Assembly (NCBI GenBank): GCA_910592345.1
Contig: CAJVPI010000267.1
Span: 1 to 37,812, forward strand
Reading direction: 5' to 3'
DNA length: 37,812 bases
Source of the DNA: Paraglomus brasilianum
Taxonomy: Eukaryota
Under the pieces are notes generated by a model. That model saw nothing but the letters and a program-made list of their open reading frames with translations, did no database searches and was not told the DNA's origin. Position numbers and translations under genes: made by a program. This document shows, one piece after another, positions 33,648-37,812 of the stretch (positions are counted from its first letter, which is position 1; each line of letters opens with the position of its first letter).

Positions 33648-33790
33648 CAGGTAAGCTCGATAAGTCGGACGCGACTGGCTTGGGTATGGCTGTCCGACTT
33701 ATCAAGGAATTCGACTTATCGAGGGGATTTTAAATACGAAAAAAAGAAAAATGACGAGATTTGGTCCGACTTACCGAGTTTCCGACTTAG
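33648..33790. mobile_element. pogo/Tigger-like MITE remnant with five CGACTTA motifs
   Basis: Begins CAGGTAAGCTCGATAAGTCGGAC. CTCGATAAGTCGGAC (33656-33670) is inverted at 33692-33706 (14/15), 33710-33723, 33764-33778 and 33780-33790. Confidence 0.55.
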
Positions 33791-34470
33791 ATGTAATTGC
33801 TTGGTCTAACTCATATCGTTCTACTATTAAGAATGCAATGGAGATAAAATGCATATAGTATGTAATACTATTGAAATAATTGGATGGCCTTTTATAACAT
33901 ATTGTGTACTAATTGCGTCTATAAAGTTTTTCTCGCATAGGATCATAATTATTTGACAATCTTCGTCTATACTACTGTGTTTATGCCTACGCTAATTATG
34001 GAGAATGTTTGCCGGTCGCTGAAAATAATACCAGGTTTGATAAGTTAGGCTTTACTTTTATTTTCATATTTAGATGGGGGGGTTTTTTCTAGTAGCAAGT
34101 GAGGCGTGATACAAGTGATAATTCTGTTAATGTAAAATGCGTACTTTGTTGCAAACATTAAAGTGAGTCGCAGCCATACAACTTACTGTAATTCAACGAG
34201 GATTGTCCTCAGTAACAGATAATAAAGCCTCTTTATGTCGTATTGTCTCCGCAGATACTTTTATCGGATCGATGGGAATTCAACTGTTCGACTAATATCG
34301 TGTATTATTTAGGGCGTTTATTTCCATCCATTTATTATTGTAAACTTGGAGAATTTCTACTCTATTATACTAATTTATTGTCGGACTAATGTTACTTAAC
34401 TTACTGGTGTTTATTACGCGTTTATACTTTACGTGGTGCTCTCAAGTGTAGTTATGTTGTACCTCAGTTG

Positions 34471-34587
34471 GGGACCTGTCTCAGTTCCGAACTGAGACAA
34501 CTGGGTTCTAAACCGAGCGTCTGGGTTCTGGACTGAGACAACTGAGTTCTGAACTGAGTGACTGGGTTCCGAACTGAGACAGGTCCC
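34471..34587. repeat. 117-bp foldback element: 17-bp perfect terminal inverted repeats around five 20/21-bp tandem units
   Basis: GGGACCTGTCTCAGTTC (34471-34487) and GAACTGAGACAGGTCCC (34571-34587) are exact reverse complements. Units with consensus CTGGGTTCYGAACTGAGACAA start at 34480, 34501, 34521, 34542 and 34562. Confidence 0.85.
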
Positions 34588-36549
34588 AAACCCAGACAAC
34601 AGTTATTACAACTATTGTCTAAGTGTCTGATATTTTTACTTCGTTATACGTATCACGTGTCGTTGCGGATGGTTATCAATTCCTTTAATGGTCAATGTTG
34701 GCACAAATGTTGGCTAAGAATTACTAATCAATCGAGACTGTGTTCCCTGGCGGTCAAAACCAAGTAAAGCTAGAAATACTCAACCAACTACTAGTTCCGA
34801 ATAGGTCAAATTTCGGCTTGGTAACCTTGTTTCTGATTTTGTTGCCATTTTTAAAATACCTCGAATGAAATAATTTCACTCATTTTATTTTACTAGTTTT
34901 ACCACCATTTCTGAATCTATGAGAAGAAGCCGTAGGTTGCTACATCTTTGTGGAGTCTATGTTTTTTAAATTTCTAATGGGCATTTCTTAGAATGCATAC
35001 AAGATTTTTTGCAGATTTGTGAAAGAATGCCTTGAACGAGCATATTGTTAACTTAAAAGCAATTGGAAGTGCTAAGGACAAATAATTATTGCTCTGAATG
35101 ACAGTTATTGTCCATGAAGATGGAATATTGAGCCAGAAAATACTACTGTATTTCGATAATCAAAATAGCAATGATACTGAATAAAGTATAGTTCGGCGAA
35201 ATAAACAGTTTACAGAACGTGGGACACGTGTAAAAAGAAAAGAATAGTTGTAAGGCTAAAAGTTTTGCCGGTTGGTTCTCTTCACAGGCTCAGGAAAGAA
35301 TACATTATAGGCTAGCATCTCCCATGTTCACAGACAATGAACGAAGGAAAAGGTAGAGTCTCACTTTCGCTTAATTGCATTATTCCACTCTATGAGAAAA
35401 AAAGCGCGAGAACTTTTGTGTCTTCTGAAAACTTTGATTTCTGCATGAGACTTTCCTTGGTGATTAAGTTAATGCAAAAATATATTCCATACTATACAGG
35501 ACTATCAATAAAACACAAAAGAAAAGGTATGCATCAATATCAAATAGTGAATGACGTCACACACTATCATAAATAACGTAATAGATTTAATTTAATACAA
35601 ATACTTCATTATTTATATTTGGAATGGTAATGAGCGTGACTTTCCTTTCTCATCCTCTTCGCCCCGTCCTCTCCATTTCATCTTCATCTTCTTTCTGCCA
35701 AAGCCATTCAGATCTGGACCTATAGCTCATCTTAACATCGGGACTGACTAATTTCGCGGTAGCCCTCTTCCTAATTCGCAATCGTAACACAGAGGACACG
35801 AACAGAGAATGTTAGTCTGATCTCAACATGTCCCCCAAATTTATTCTTTGCTGTAGCTGTTAAGAAGAGATTCTGAGGTATCAAGATATGTAGATACGAA
35901 ACATATAGATCATGGCAACGCCTTTCTTTTTCCACGGTAATTCAGGTTTGGCTGACACATTCTTGTCACCAACGGATAACCTGTCGCCTTCATGCACACC
36001 AAGTTTAGATATAGTACAGACTTAACTATTAGTGTATAACAACAAAAACGTTTATATCATTACCCACTTAATTACAAACGGCCAGCCATCAAAGTCAATG
36101 AGTCTGTCTAGATTCTCGCGCGAGTTCCGTATTCACAACAACTTTGTGCAATCCGTAAATGAACGATTTGACCGAAACTCGTTGATATAGATGCTTGAGA
36201 GAACATATGCCTTCGGAAAGTTGATGGCTAGACATTGTTTGAAGTAAGTAAGGCACTGCTGAGAGGACTGTTATACAACGCAATATTTACATTAGACAGT
36301 AATCCCTGTTAGAAATCTACCTGGTTGGCGATGTTTCACGCCATAACTTGAAGGGGAATCCTCAGCACCTAGAGTCGTCAATTTCTGGTGGATTCTGCTC
36401 AGAGACTTATCTGGTAAGGCGTCTAGATTTTTATCCAGTAGAGTAACTCCTGTCAGTGATGCTTCCACACTAAGTTAAGGCAGCTAGTACAGCATCCAGT
36501 AAGACTCCCGGCCATTTTACATCTTTTACTTTGATCATCAAGCTGTAAA

Positions 36550-37000
36550 CTCATGGTCTTTCTCTACATAGCGGACAACGAGAACCAAGAATCCAGTAGG
36601 AATCAGTTTGGTGCTGGCCTTCACATATCTATAATGCTACTTTGGGAGTAAAAACTACGGTCAGTTAGTAATCTAATGACGTTTGTCTTTTGATAACTTC
36701 TTTTTGAGTTGAGATAGTTTTGGAGAAACAATAGATTTTCGAAATAGAGAAAGTCACGTTGGTTTGATCGTTTCTTTGAGTGAATGGTTTTTTGAATTCA
36801 CTCGGTCATAATATTCTGAATTTGAGCAGTGAGCGTCCCCAAGCGCAAGGCAGCTGACGTAATACCAGTTAGATGTTTTATCATTGTTCTTGTATATTTG
36901 AATTTGAGCAGTTTTATCGGTTGTCATATTAGGAATTTCAATAACTTTGTTTTCAACATTATTTGAATAGCGAGCAATGATGCCGCCACCCACCCCGAAA
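36550..37000 (-). pseudogene. Decayed fragment of a multicopy hypothetical protein family
   Basis: YSNNVENKVIEIPNMTTDKTAQIQIYK and downstream DSYWILGSRCPLCRE resemble, from memory only, repetitive Glomeromycotina hypothetical proteins; broken by stops. Confidence 0.25.
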
Positions 37001-37323
37001 ATCTCGAATTTTTAGTTACGCTCGATTGCGTCAGAGTCTTCCACTGACTCGGAGGTTTTGTTGATTAATTACTCGGGGAAATGATTTTCTGCTACTCTCA
37101 ATTTGTCACGATCGTTTCCTTGGAAAGGGTTATTATGTCATATGGTAAGTGGGTTCGTTTAACTGATTCTCGTTGAAGCTTCTTCTCCCAATCTCATAAC
37201 TGACCGGTTCAGAGATTTATCGATCTCTATGCTTTAGATTCCGTAATATGTGATTCAGAACATTGAGTCTTCTTCGACTCTAGATGTACCAATCGCGTTG
37301 CTATCTTATCGCTAAACTAAAAC

Positions 37324-37587
37324 ATGATATCCACTATCAAGGAGCAAGCTTACAAGACGAGAACAAGACCTCAAGTAAGACAAGAAGTACCTGCTTCTCC
37401 TGAAATAAATCCGCAAACAGATAGCTTTGCAGGTAAGATACTCTTGCAACTGATATATCAAATAGCAATCAAATTTTGACGTGTTTCCGTATCTTTCTGC
37501 TCTCTAGTCCGGCCTCGACTTCTTTCCCTTATTTTTATTTATATTTCAGCATTACTATCGGAATCTCATCTAAAGAGTTGGAATTAA
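37324..37587 (+). CDS. Possible small two-exon gene or relic (~62 aa)
   Basis: ATG at 37324 is open to a consensus donor CAG|GTAAGA (37433); 75-bp intron ending CTCTCTAG (37507); in-frame TAA at 37585-37587. No homology recognised. Confidence 0.2.
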
Positions 37588-37812
37588 TTTCTCTCAATAA
37601 ATCAACCATATTGGGTATTTGCCGATTTTATATCCCAAATAATCAGTGATTCATGGCATGTCGTTCTGCCAAAAAAATTGCCTCTTAAATTTTTATATCA
37701 TAAAAGAGTAGCGGGTAGTGTTACGGTCGGGTGGTCTGGGGTTTGGGAGAGCAATTAATCTGTCGCGTAGGGGTGTTCTTCCGACCGGGGGATGTTACCA
37801 GATTAGCTTCGT

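Noticed and set aside
198..33790. One giant transposon carrying the whole HMG cluster between the two pogo-like ends
   Set aside because: The ends are only loosely similar and both point away from the cluster (left one is a right end, right one is a left end).
34471..34587. CRISPR-like array
   Set aside because: Units are contiguous with no unique spacers, no cas genes are present, and the context is eukaryotic.
37710..37812. G-rich stretch with a short inverted repeat at the window edge (possible start of a repeat element)
   Set aside because: Truncated by the window boundary; too little sequence to classify.

Overview
Eukaryotic, AT-rich fungal DNA; my inference is an early-diverging fungus, most likely Glomeromycotina (arbuscular mycorrhizal) or a relative. 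I see no rRNA, tRNA, CRISPR or prokaryotic features. The core of the window is a cluster of four apparently intronless MATA-type HMG-box transcription factor genes (2691-3581 +, 14314-15145 + with a frameshift in a C9 run, 16974-18023 -, 29715-30878 -). They grade from canonical to highly derived along the window, and all carry a ~35-40 aa module in front of the HMG box that I cannot assign to a named domain. Between the last two HMG genes lie a degenerate-RING + 7xTPR protein and a secreted histidine-brace LPMO (AA11-like). The spacers contain a bounded but dead DD34D mariner, a Tc1 relic, two related pogo/Tigger-like element ends, a small foldback repeat, and gene relics (SRP9-like, DUF2235-like, possibly a fifth HMG) eroded by short deletions. 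Most interesting hypothesis (inference only): an HMG + LPMO + RING-TPR compatibility or hyphal-fusion locus.
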